From: Priapulus caudatus
Lineage: Eukaryota
Length of the DNA: 62,739 nucleotides
Assembly: GCF_000485595.1 (NCBI RefSeq)
Contig: NW_014577068.1
Span: 1,058,399 to 1,121,137, forward strand
Reading direction: 5' to 3'
A program made the translations under genes and the position numbers. Positions 25,575 to 52,530 of this stretch are shown in pieces. The notes under the pieces are model-generated. The model had not been told where the DNA came from, searched no databases, and was given only the letters and a program-made list of their open reading frames with translations. Within the stretch, counting starts at the first letter, position 1, and every line of letters begins with the position of its first letter.

Positions 25575-27188
25575 TGCGTTCACACGAGTTACACGAGATT
25601 CGAGGCTTAGCTAGCCAGGAATAATATAGACTGGTACCCGGTCGACAGTTCCACACGCTACACTAACGTCGTGCAGCGAACGGGTACCAGTCTAGGTGAG
25701 CAATACGCGGCCAGCGTGGTGCCGAATATACGCGGCTTATGCCCCAGTCACACATACACGACGCACGGCCCGCGCACTGAAAATCAGCAATTTTGGCCAG
25801 TGCGTTGTCGTTCGCTGGGTGTGCGTCAGCATTCGTTACTCGTTCGTCGAGCGCGCTGGACCAACGCTATGTTATCGTTGTCATTCGCTCGTGCGCGGGC
25901 GTGTGCGTCGGGATTTTTGAGCATGTTCAAATTGTGCGCGGAGCTCGACGCATGAAGGTACACGCCAGAATGACGCCAGACACGCGCAGGGCGCGCTGGA
26001 CCAACGCCAGACCCACGCGGAGCACACGATGGTATTCGTTGTATGTTCGTCGGCTGAGGTGTAGCGAACACCTAGCGCCACCCTAGCGCACACCTAGCGT
26101 GCTTCTAACGCATGTCCAGCGAACATGCAGCGAATATGGGCGTGCTGAACGAGTGCTGAACGAGTCTGTAGCGCGGCCAGAGTTCTTCTAGCGTGTTTCT
26201 AGCGTGTACGCAGCTGTAGCCATGGGTATATAAACGAGTCTCGCCCCACCTCCTCATCATCACTTCTCCTCCGACCCTCATGGTGATGACAGAGATTCCT
26301 GATCGTGTCTAGAAGAACTACCTCAGAAGATGGAGGATCCCGACAGGCTGCGACTACAATACGAAATCGCGGTTCTACAACATCAGCAGAACCTCATGAA
26401 ACTGGCACTTCTCAAGTCCATGTCATCAGGAGAAGGAGAAGAGAAAGAGGTCAACGAGTTCTGGTCCGACCGTTGGAACGGTAGGCGACGACAGTTTGGC
26501 CTGTATGACCAGCTACTTGTTGAATCCGTAACGAAGACTAGGCAGCCTTCAAGAACTTCATGCGGATGCCCCCCGAGACGTTCGACGAGCTGCTAACCAG
26601 AGTGGGTCGAGGATCACCAAGCAGAATACCACCTACAGAAAGGCCCTCGACCCTGGCTGAAGTTGCCCTCACTCTGCGGCATCTTGCCTCTGGGACCAAA
26701 TATCACTCAATGTCCTATGGGTGGAGGTGCTCACACACACCATATCCCTGCTCATCCCAGAAGTGACCTGTGGTTGGCTGTGCGTTGGATGTGCGTGGCT
26801 GTGCGTTGAATGCGCGGTGCATGAGCGCTAGCAACCCGCTGTGCATTCGTTGGATTTTTTAACATGTGCGCCCTGTATACGCTCTGTATGCGCCCTGTAT
26901 GCGCGCAGCGCGCTAGCAACACGCTGTGCATTCGTTGTCAACTCGCTAGCTTCTCCCAAATCCTGACAAAGTTGGGCGCCACAACGACGCACTGATCTAT
27001 TTCCATTTTTTGATTAATTTTCAGTGCGCGGGCCGTGCGTCGTGTATGTGTGACTGGGGCATTAGATGGCGCGGAATATGATTCCGCGCTTAGCAAGCCG
27101 GAGCATTCGCGGCTAAGCAAGCCGTGGCTTAGCAAGCCGCGTATATTTTAGCGTGTGAACGCAACTTTTCTCCTCGTGTGAACGCAGC
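25575..27188. mobile_element. Older Harbinger-type MITE hosting the 25740-27061 element
   Basis: TGCGTTCACACGAG ... CTCGTGTGAACGCA inverted ends. Confidence 0.6.
25740..27061 (+). mobile_element. PIF/Harbinger internal-deletion derivative with N-terminal transposase remnant (~26330-26765)
   Basis: About 45-bp perfect TIR TGCCCCAGTCACACATACACGACGCACGGCCCGCGCACTGAAAAT; TTA TSD (25737-39, 27062-64); remnant GLYDQLL..FKNFMRMPPETFDELL..LTLRHLASG; DDE region missing. Confidence 0.9.
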
Positions 27189-27225
27189 TTATATATTGAT
27201 CGATTGATTGTCTGTATGCCTATCC

Positions 27226-27288
<63 letters not shown>

Positions 27289-27387
27289 TGCATCTCTTTT
27301 TGCATGTGTGTGCGTGCGCGCTCGCATGTGTGTATGGTGTGCGTGCATGCATGAATATGTAACCGTGACACCTGACACAAATATGTT

Positions 27388-42343
<14,956 letters not shown>

Positions 42344-42389
42344 CTGTCGGAGACAGCGTTATGATTGTAACTTATACATATATACATAT

Positions 42390-42460
<71 letters not shown>

Positions 42461-42473
42461 TATATATATATAT

Positions 42474-42547
42474 CAGGAGTAGATAATAGGGATTATCTTA
42501 CCTCCCCCTTACTTTACCTCCCACCTTACTTTCCCTATTATCTACTC

Positions 42548-42550
<3 letters not shown>
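42474..42550. mobile_element. 77-bp MITE embedded in a (TA)n microsatellite
   Basis: Perfect 19-bp TIR CAGGAGTAGATAATAGGGA / TCCCTATTATCTACTCCTG with (TA)n on both sides. Confidence 0.75.
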
Positions 42551-42591
<41 letters not shown>

Positions 42592-43199
42592 TTGTTTATT
42601 TATTTATTTATTTATATTTGTGCGCACGCGCGTATGAGTGTGTGCCTGCGTCCGTCTGTCCGTGCGTGCGTCCGTGCGTCCGTGCGTGCGTGCATGCGTG
42701 CGTGCGTGCGTGCGTGCATGCGTGCGTGCGTGCGTGTGTGCGTGTATGTGTGTACGTGCCTGCATGCGTTTGTGTATGGGGGAGTGTGTATGTATGTAAT
42801 TAAATTCATAGATAATAAATGACACCGAATTGTGCAGATTCTATGTGCCAGTTCTTTGTACCGACACTTGAGTTCCAGTTGAGTGTTATCGTATACTCTG
42901 ATACGTGTCATACTTATCATGTGTAGCACTTAGAGTAGACATGTCGTTATGTATATACGCATATACTTCCTGTCGCTTAAAGAGACATTCGCTATATAAA
43001 TTACGAATGTACCAGGTTATCATTACTCGATATAGGAAAAGATTCCGTAAATCGAATGGTGATACGCCTGAACCGGTATAACTGACCATGAACCGGTGGT
43101 ATTGAACCCTGGACTCATACATGTAGCCGACAAGCACGACTCCAGCTGCGCTGCGACCGATATAGACATACCCCAATCTCTCTCTCTCGCTCTCGCTCT

Positions 43200-43296
<97 letters not shown>

Positions 43297-43450
43297 TTAT
43301 CTGTTTAGTTAGCAGTAAGGCGAGATATGAGGCGCTTTTGCCGATAGCGCGAAGTGCTAAATGTACACATATGACGTATTTGATATAATATGATATGATA
43401 AGTATATATAATAAACTGAAGAAATCGAAAATCTACTGCTATATGCAGCT

Positions 43451-43900
43451 ATGGCAAAGAAAGATCGGTCGAACGTTGAGGATAGCAAGCCGTTAGATGA
43501 TTTTGATAGCATATTGTATGAAATTGGTAACTTGGGAAGATGGCAACTGATCGCATTCTTTTTTGCCGCCAGCGGAAGTTTCGCTCAGGCGTTCCACAAC
43601 ATCGTAATGCCATTTCTCGGGGCTACGCCGGAGCACTGGTGTCGAGTGCCAGAACTAGAATTACTGCCGGAGCACATGCAGAAGAACTTCAGCATCCCAC
43701 TAGAAGAGAACAACGGGGACGTGACTTACTCGCAGTGCACCATGTTTGTGGCGAGAGACTATTCGCAGCTAGCAGCACTGTATCGGAACGGATCATTAGA
43801 GACTGTTCCGGCATCGTTCTTCAGTAATGTCGAGCAAGCCAAGTGCCAACATGGATGGCTCTACGATGCGTCATTTCGATCATCGACATTGGTCACGGAA
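43451..43900 (+). CDS. SLC22 exon 1 (TM1 and large extracellular loop)
   Basis: ATG 43451; ends STLVTE|GTAAGT. Confidence 0.93.
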
Positions 43901-46900
43901 GTAAGTGTTCTGTTAACGTGAACCATTAATTAATTGTCCGGTCGCGCGACCTTTACTTGTCCAATTATTTCCTATGGACCTCCCTGCGTTACTATATATA
44001 ACGAGTCCCTGATAGCTAGTTATGGTTTAGTTATGAAAAATCATTTTCTCATAATATTCAGTATGCAAATAACGAATAATGGAGACGAAGTAGATATTTG
44101 CTAGTTTCGCTGATCGGAAAAATTCCCGTTATTGTACCTTGCATTGTGTATTAAATATTTTATTGGTATTGTGTATTGAATTATTGTACATGTGTAGGGC
44201 AATGCTATTAGCTAAGTGTTTTTCAACTATGTTGTCAGTTTGCCTGGCAAATTTACATAGGTCTTCCACCTTTTTCCAGTGGGATCTGGTCTGTGGAAAA
44301 CAGGCGTTAGCAGCCTCTGCTCAATCTGTCTACATGTTGGGTATGATAGCAGGGTGCTACGGTTTCGGAACTCTGGCGGACATGTAAGACATAATAATAA
44401 ATATAAATATAACTATAAATATAAAAATAAATATAAATATAAGAGAGTTTGTGCACTACAGAATAAAGATCGTTTCATTCGGAGGTGATGGACGGGTTAT
44501 CACAGTAACTAAAACAATGAGCTCTGATATATGGCCTTGATATACAGGGGCGTAAATCCGTACCGAGGAGTGGGAGGGATGATCACGCGAAGGGGGGGTC
44601 CGGGGGGCCCTCCCCCAGAATTTTTTTGAAATTAGACCCCCTCAGATGCGTTTTCTGCGCGAGAAAGGAACTTTTCGGTCCGGACCCTCTGGACCCCTCC
44701 CCCCCCCCTGTACACGCCCCTGCAGTAATTGAAATGATTTAGGTCTGCCCATGTCTCCAAATTATCATAATTAGCTGAACTTTCAAGTGAAGGAGTTTTT
44801 TTTTGAATCTCAGGGGGGATATTTGTACAGGCCATCCCCCCCTCCTTCAAGAGCGGGGGGGATGCATCCCCCCATCCCCCCGGGATTTACGCCCATGTTG
44901 ATATATGTAAATATTGCGAGACGAATGATAAAAATATCTATATATATAGGGTGTTTTTAATATACTTTATGTTTATCGGAGCCTTTGTTATGGTTGCTCA
45001 TAGGAAAGGGAGGAAGTGGACAGTGCTTCTTTCGTCGTTGATATTTGCCCTGAGTGCCACTGCAGCATCTTTCTCTCCAAACCTCATCACGTTTTTTATA
45101 CTCCGGCTAATTATCGGGGCAGCTTCTGCCGGAACGTGCAATGCTGCTTACATATATGGTAATTAAAACGATGGTCTTCTATGTCCTATATTATCGGTTT
45201 CTTCGACACACTGAGGAATATATTCAACTTTAAAAAACGTTGGTAAATATTTTAAGTACTTTTAGTCAACGCGTGACAGCAAACGTGTAGTTTCATGGTG
45301 GTACTTATACTGGTGGCACTGGTAGTACTTATACTCATGCTGGTACTTACGAATCGCTCTGCATGTTCTTATACAGGCATAGAAAGCGTTGGACCACTGT
45401 ACAGAAACCGAGTGGGCGTTGGCGCGTCATTAGCGTATTCTACCGGCCACGTGTTAGTGGCTCTGTGTGCCTGGGTATTTCGCGACTGGCGATACCTCGA
45501 ATTTTCCATATCTATCTGGCTGTTTGCTATGTTGATCTGGTACTTGTAAGTATTATCGATATACAGTTGTTATCAGATTGTATTAACAAGTCATGTTTCC
45601 GTGGTGTTTGCTCGACCTTTAATATAAATTTTCAGTTTCTGTCTCTGGTGGGAACAATTCAAGATTCTTGAAGGTATTCATGAACGATGATCAAGTTACT
45701 CTTATAGAAAACAATCACGGCAATACTTTCACGTTATTAACAGTTATTTTAGTTGTGTGAGCCTCTACGCGTTACATAATATACTGTCTGGTCCTAAGTC
45801 ATTATATACCTTATCAAGTATATCTGCATCTGGACGCAAGCGCTTAATTAGGACTAATTACGAAAGCACGAAATTCAGATTACTAGGATTAATTCGAATT
45901 AAACATGTTACAAATGAATAAGATAGCAATTAAGGACTGAGATTACCAGAATACATGCATTGTTACTGGTTCGAGACAGATTATATTCAATTAGGGTGTG
46001 TATTAGCTTAACGCCTAGATAACGTGGTTCGATCCCTACCATTTATTTGCCGTGGATTCAGGTAATGCAAACAAACCCGCTGTGTGTATTGTGCATGCGT
46101 GCGTGCGTGTGTGCGTGTGCTTGGATGAGTGTGTATGAACCACTAACCACTAACCACAGGAAAACGGGCAAAAAATATTGTCCTTCGATCTATACTTATA
46201 ATAAACCGTGTTATATTATATGTACAGACAGCCGTATGTCTATACATATAATATAACGTATTTTATTATATTTATAGGCAGACGGGAACTTTTTAGCCTT
46301 AAAAAAATTATGTGCCGTCAACCGCTCGCAGGCTGGCACGTACACACACTAGTGTGCACACATACCGACCGTTGTCTCTTACTCAACCATTTACCTAGTT
46401 TACGATTCAATTTCAATGTTATTATTAGGCTTGGCATTATTTAACCCCTATTTCGTTTAATCATATACAGTAAATAGCTCCAATAATTGTATTAAATATG
46501 ATAGTAATCGTAATGTAAAAGTACCTATATTCACCGTATATCATCGAAAACTATCTAGATTCCAATTACTGAGTGTGTATAATGTGAATTTTCGACTAGG
46601 GTTCTATTATTCAGATTAGATGGTTCAAACATCGATTAGAAACTCTACAATAAGAGTCGTACTATAATAGCCAGTGTAAAATTATTGCAGTATTATCCCG
46701 GAGTCTCCTCGTTGGCTCTACGCTCAAGGGAGAATGGATGAGTGCGAACACGCCCTGCGAAGAGTCGCGAAGAGAAACAGGAAAGCCTATCCAGACCACA
46801 TTGATCTCAAGCAGCATTTAAAGGTGCAGATCAATACAGATCTTGGCAGCCGTGCGCTATAGCCAAGAGCATTATTATACCTATTAAACAACTAATCAGT

Positions 46901-47922
46901 TTTTACGGAACGTATAGTTATTTTATTATCTTTTAGGACTACATCGCCTATGTATTGGATTAACCAGGGCGATCGAAAGTAAACTAAATTTCGTGCGAAA
47001 AGTATTTTCGAATCATAATTAAAATAAATAAATTGAAAATGACTGATATCGACTACGGTGCCTAGATCCATAGAGATATATCCTAATACACTATGTAGAG
47101 ATAATGAAAGAGTGTAAATAAATATATGCCAATACCGCTTGAAAAGCATATGTCGATCGCTGCTTCAGTCTTATAGAGTTACGACAACCGATGGGAAGTC
47201 ACGGGAGGCAAATATCACGGATTTAGTTCGGACTCCAAACATGCGAAAAATTTCATTCATCATGTGGATGCAATGGTACAAGACTAAAAACGAATATTAT
47301 TAGCTACCAATTAACTATAAATTAATAAGATTGTATTCTGATCTTAAAACATCACGTTCAATTCTCGCTTACCTTAGAATCTTATCTTCAATTTCTTAGT
47401 CCGTAATTTGAATGTATAACTCATTAATCGCACGCGTGTGTTACACACTAATGTTTATAAGCCGTAGCTATTACACTGATGATATGAACGTATTTTAATG
47501 ATTCGCGATCATATGTGGGTTTGGGAGATTATATTCATATATTCAGTTAATCTTTCAATTGCAGGTTCACAGTAGCTCTCGTTTATTACGGGCTCGCTCT
47601 CAATTCAGCCAACCTGGGAACAAACCCCTACATGAGTTTTGTGATAATGGCCCTAGTAGGGTATCCAGCCAACTATCCCTGCACGGCCCTGATCCTAAAG
47701 CACCTCGGAAGACGGTTATCGTTGTCACTGACCGCGCTAATTGGAGGAGCTAGTTGCCTGTTTATAGCCTTGCCCTGGCCTACGCGTAAGTATATGCTAT
47801 GGAGCGAGACACGTGACCCCAAATCAGCGGATTTTTATTATGTTACATCCATTATTTTCCACACACACGCGCGTGCGCGCACACACACGCGCACGCGCAC
47901 GCGCGCACACGCACACACACAC

Positions 47923-47966
<44 letters not shown>

Positions 47967-48992
47967 GCACACGCGCGCGCGCGCGCCCATCCACGCACTA
48001 TATATATATATGTATTTATTTACTTATATATCCACACTATACGGTGATATCCTCAACCTGAAGTGTGTTATTGATGTAAGGATTTCTGTGGGTAAAGTAA
48101 CAAAATCCTAGTTGCTGCGTCAAGGTACCGACTTTGTACCTACAGTCTACAGTAGGCCTATACAGCATTGAGATATAAGATGTTTTATATCCCCGCAACC
48201 CTTTACGATAAAGTAATAATAGAGCGCTTATAGCGACCAAGAAAGCTAAGCGTTGAATGTGATTTCTGTCTATACTTTGATCGTTGAGGGACAAGTTACA
48301 AATGTCGCGAGCCTAACGTTTTTTTGCGCTATTTTATATTTATGTGTGTAGCTCTGGCGCTTGTGTGATGTCATTCAAAAAATAACTGCATTTTAATTTG
48401 ACGTGTGTAGATCTGAATTGGGTAATTGTAACATTGGCTACGATCGGGATGTTCGGCGCAAATGGCATGTTTACCGTTAATATGCTCTACACTGGAGAGT
48501 TATACCCAACAGTCGTAAGGAATATTGGATTTGGTACCGGCTTTACATGGGCTAGATTTGCTGGACTGTTGGCGCCATACGTGGTGCTACTGGTAAGTTG
48601 ATAAAAACCACGTAATATCGCAATTTTCCTTTTGCACACAAAAAAATTACATAAACCTCAAAGGATCTGACTGATCGAGCAATATATACTGTGACAGCGA
48701 TTACCAAAGTGATAAAGGTTATATACGCGAGTATAAGGTTTACCATACAATCGCAACCGCTTGGAAAGTCCGAAAAGCTCAGATACTTCCAAATAATGGT
48801 ATTCGTTCATGCCGCTGAAATGTGAATCGCATATGTTTAGCAATCGTTAAATTTGAGTGACGTCATTGTTCATACGACTTACGGACAATTTTTTACTTTC
48901 AGGGAAAATATTCACGGGAACTGCCGCTCATCATATCTGTAGTTCTAGCCATCGCAGCCGCTATAATGGCATTATTCTTGCCAGAACCATAG
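43451..48992 (+). CDS. SLC22 / organic cation transporter (Orct-like MFS): join(43451-43900,44280-44383,45004-45158,45377-45545,46691-46823,47169-47275,47565-47785,48411-48592,48903-48992); 536 aa as assembled, true C-terminus probably longer
   Basis: [79 protein letters not shown] and LPE motifs; GT-AG introns with matching phases. After LPE the expected T...LPETIED motif is split across frames. Confidence 0.92.
44280..44383 (+). CDS. SLC22 exon 2
   Basis: [45 protein letters not shown] donor. Confidence 0.93.
44545..44897. mobile_element. hAT-like MITE with 8-bp TSD in SLC22 intron 2
   Basis: CAGGGGCGTAAATCC ... GGATTTACGCCCATG; TTGATATA at 44537-44544 and 44898-44905; empty site at 57243-57250. 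Confidence 0.9.
45004..45158 (+). CDS. SLC22 exon 3
   Basis: KGRKWTVLL...FFILRLIIG...AYIY; G|GTAAT donor. Confidence 0.92.
45377..45545 (+). CDS. SLC22 exon 4
   Basis: IESVGPLYR...[15 protein letters not shown] donor. Confidence 0.92.
46691..46823 (+). CDS. SLC22 exon 5
   Basis: [18 protein letters not shown]...AKRNRK; AAG|GTGCAG donor. Not in the ORF track. Confidence 0.9.
47169..47275 (+). CDS. SLC22 exon 6
   Basis: SYRV...[28 protein letters not shown] donor. Confidence 0.87.
47565..47785 (+). CDS. SLC22 exon 7
   Basis: [25 protein letters not shown]...LGRR; C|GTAAG donor. Confidence 0.92.
48411..48592 (+). CDS. SLC22 exon 8
   Basis: LATIGMFG...[16 protein letters not shown]...[19 protein letters not shown] donor. 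Confidence 0.92.
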
Positions 48993-49038
48993 ACAGAGAA
49001 ACTTCCAGAGACATCGAAGACGTGAAAACTTCGGAAGG
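48903..49038 (+). CDS. SLC22 exon 9 (TM12; frameshifted after LPE as assembled)
   Basis: [11 protein letters not shown]...LFLPE, then TAG at 48990-48992; KLPE and IEDV appear in shifted frames; candidate GTAG donor at 49039. A last exon may start at 49487 (TTCTAG|). Confidence 0.75.
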
Positions 49039-50284
49039 GTAGGTACAGTATATGAGTAAATTCATGTGAACCGTTTTTGTTCGATTGATAAAAACACAAT
49101 GTAGTGAATTTTCTTGCTCCTGATCTGGTCTCACACACAAATTCATTTGTACACCACAGTACAATTCACCAGCGTTAAACTAAGCTATCTCAAAGTCGTT
49201 TGAACCATAACAACAATAAATCGGTCTAATGATAAAAACGTGTGGTTATACATGATGCGCGATAGAAATACAATCTCAATCGGGTTGAGATACATGTTCA
49301 ACAAGGTGACCGTTGTCATAAAACATCATAAATAGTTATAACATGATGGATGTAAATTGTCATAACCTTTAAAGTGAAGTGTCGTGCAAAATTTACGACA
49401 TTTTATATTCATAGCAGTTATAATAATTACTAAGCATAACTATTTTATGTTTCCGTCAACACAAGCCTCTATTTTCTCTTTTCTAGGCAGCACAAATTTT
49501 CTATGCTTCCCCAGCAAATGAGCAGATGGAAATTATGTAAAGGATGGATCTTTCTTTCGCTTTCCGACTTATCGTAAAATATTAAAAACGAGCTTCAGAA
49601 ATTATTTTTAATTCGTTATATTTCGATGAATAGACTCGACGACAGAAAGAGAGAGAGAGAGAGATATGTGTTGTGATGTTGAAGAATATTAGATAGACGA
49701 CGACAATGTCGAAGATGACAATGGCGACGTCGACGATGACGATAGTGGCGAGAGCCGATAACATCCTTTATTGGGACGACAACATCAACAAATAACGGGC
49801 AAGAAAATAAACAAACAAACAGAAGGAAGTGTACCGTCTACTGTTTATTTGCTCACATTGAAGAAGCCGTTTATTCACACTATTGCTCTGTCACGTGATC
49901 GAATTATGTTGTTTGGTCCGAATAACACACGCCGCGTAAACACATTTACAATCCAGTTTCAGCGTGTCTACATTTAAGAGATTTTGAGAAAATATAAGAC
50001 AGAATCGTGATTTGTTGACAAATATATCGATATCATGTTTGCTGTAGAGCTGTCGGCACAGGCAGCCGTTCCTATGGTAATGTTTGTCGTATATGTTATT
50101 CTTCGGTGACCAGCGCTGATAATGTAATTTTATCTTCTCCTAATAACATAACATATACATTAGCACGGTCACGCGTTTAGTTTGCTAAGCACACATAGTT
50201 CTAGGGTATAATATATACCTCTTTTCTAATTGTTATCATTGACATTAGACTAGTCGGCAAATCCAGAAAGCCACAAATACGCAT

Positions 50285-50414
50285 ACACACACACACATAA
50301 ACACAAACACCTACACACTCAAATACGCCGCAATCACACACACACACACACCACACCACACACACACACACCACACACACACACACACACATACACCACA
50401 CACACACACACACA

Positions 50415-50481
<67 letters not shown>

Positions 50482-50522
50482 CACACACACACACACACAC
50501 ACACACCCACACACATTACACA

Positions 50523-50585
<63 letters not shown>

Positions 50586-50590
50586 AACAC
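50285..50590. repeat. (CA)n microsatellite
   Basis: Direct inspection. Confidence 0.95.
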
Positions 50591-52027
50591 TAACACCCAT
50601 GCATGCAAATACGCGCACACACGGCGCCCACACACGCGCGTGCACGCTTGCTTCATTGCAGAAATACGTTCAATCTCACCTGCCGCGCACAGGCACAAGC
50701 GCTGGGCCAACATTATAGAATCAGCACCGTGTNNNNNNNNNNNNNNNNNNNNNNNNNACATCTAAACTGGTTAGCGTGCCTGTCGCGCCGCCAAGCGCGC
50801 CCCAAAATCCGTTAGCGTACAGACACACAATTTATATCCCCCATCAAAGTAGCACCGGGTTGACTCAGCTTGCTACGTACCCGCCGACAGCTACCGTACT
50901 TTTATGTGACCTAAATAAGGGTATGCGCCATGCGCATTGTGAAACTTAGCGGACGCGCTAGACACCGGATTGCGTACAGACACAAATTAGAGCGGAGATA
51001 ACTTGGTCCGGGATAACTTGACCCTCTCTTCTTCATATGCCGGGTCTAATTGGTTGCGGGGCCAGCGCGTTATTTGCGAGCGGGATAGCGTGTACACACT
51101 GCAAAATTTGCACGCGCGCCTTGGCCGCAATACTTGATGTGCGTATCAAATTTGCAGTCAGTCTGTACTAGGGTACAAGCCTAACACAAATTTAAGATAT
51201 CACAACAAACATCCCATTTATGAGTCAACTGTGGCACGTTGACAGCCATTGATCGATTTATGTTGTATACTCAAACTCTATTAGGCGCACATGGAATTAC
51301 ACTTGCTATAAATATACTTCCATTCCTTTTCTCACATAGTATTGTGCGACATACCCTGACATTTGAGCTGAGATTAAATTAATAACTCCGCTATTATAAA
51401 AGCGATTACGAAAATTACGTGTCACAGATCCGAAATATAGGTCGCAGAACATATCAACCACAGTGACATAGCCACGCAGAGATCATGAACGAGCGTGAGC
51501 GGATTCGCAGAAGTCCTCTGTCCTTAGCATCTCGGCACTGCTTTTACACCTACTCAGGCGTTTCACGAGCAGACACAATACGTCTTGGTTGCGCATCTTA
51601 ACCGCCTCTCAAAATAACCCGCTCTTTACAGCTTTTACAGATGCCGCTTCTTGCTGTATAGATGTTATGCGAAATATTTTGCCTTTAGCCTTTCGGTTGC
51701 TGGAATTTGCTACCAGTTTATCGAAACCAGGGCGACGAGTTGCTCAGAGTAAGGATTATGTGTTAGATATTCAATGACGGGCCGAACTCACTCCCTTTCT
51801 ATTGGCCAGGTCGATCATTGAATTTCTAAATTTGCCTCACGCCGGACTTTGATACTTGCCCAGCAAAGATGTCAGTAACGATGCCAAACGTAACAATGGG
51901 ATAGCGAACAGCCGAAACAGGTGTTCGACTTTGAATGATATTGTCAACTATCGGGATCTTAGGAAGGATGGCAACTTATATTATTTTATCTGGTATGCCT
52001 CGACAAAGTTCTCACTGGCGCTCACCG

Positions 52028-52322
52028 CCATTCCCATCCCATCCCATCCATATACTCATCCCATCCCATACATCCACATCCCATCATCATCCCATCTCAT
52101 TCCCAATCAATGCCATCCCATGACATGTACATGCCATGCCATTGCCATGCCATCCCATCCCATCCATCACACCGCATCCCATCGCACCGCCATCCATCCC
52201 ATCCCATCCCATCCCATCCCATCCCATCCATCCCATCATCCCATCCCATCCATTCCCATCCCATCCCATTCCCACCCCCATCTCATCCCATCTCATGCCA
52301 TGCCATTCCATGCCATCCATCC
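52028..52322. repeat. (CCATC)n pentanucleotide microsatellite
   Basis: Direct inspection. Confidence 0.9.
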
Positions 52323-52459
52323 CCAAACAGTAAAAATAATAAGAAATCAAAAGATAAAAGACATTAAATATAAGGCAATAAAATTTAAAAGTAAGACATT
52401 AAAAATAATACATAGCTGAAGGTAGTAAGGGGAAAAAAAGAAAAAAAGGCGGGAAATAA

Positions 52460-52530
52460 GTTCCCAGCTGGGATCGAACCCGGAATCTCGGTGTAGAAGA
52501 AGGATGTTCTAGCGATTAGGCCACTGCGCC
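52460..52530 (-). mobile_element. tRNA-derived (SINE-head-like) sequence
   Basis: Minus strand GGCGCAGTGGCCTAATCGCTAG (A box) ... CCGGGTTCGATCCCAG (B box), followed by a T-run; no acceptor-stem pairing. Confidence 0.6.

Noticed and set aside
42886..43176. Minus-strand 96-aa ORF as the next upstream NCX exon
   Set aside because: No Calx-beta motif (no DG.A..G.DY pattern); it overlaps a B-box-like repeat.
52460..52530. Functional tRNA gene
   Set aside because: A and B boxes are present, but I could not pair the acceptor or anticodon stems.
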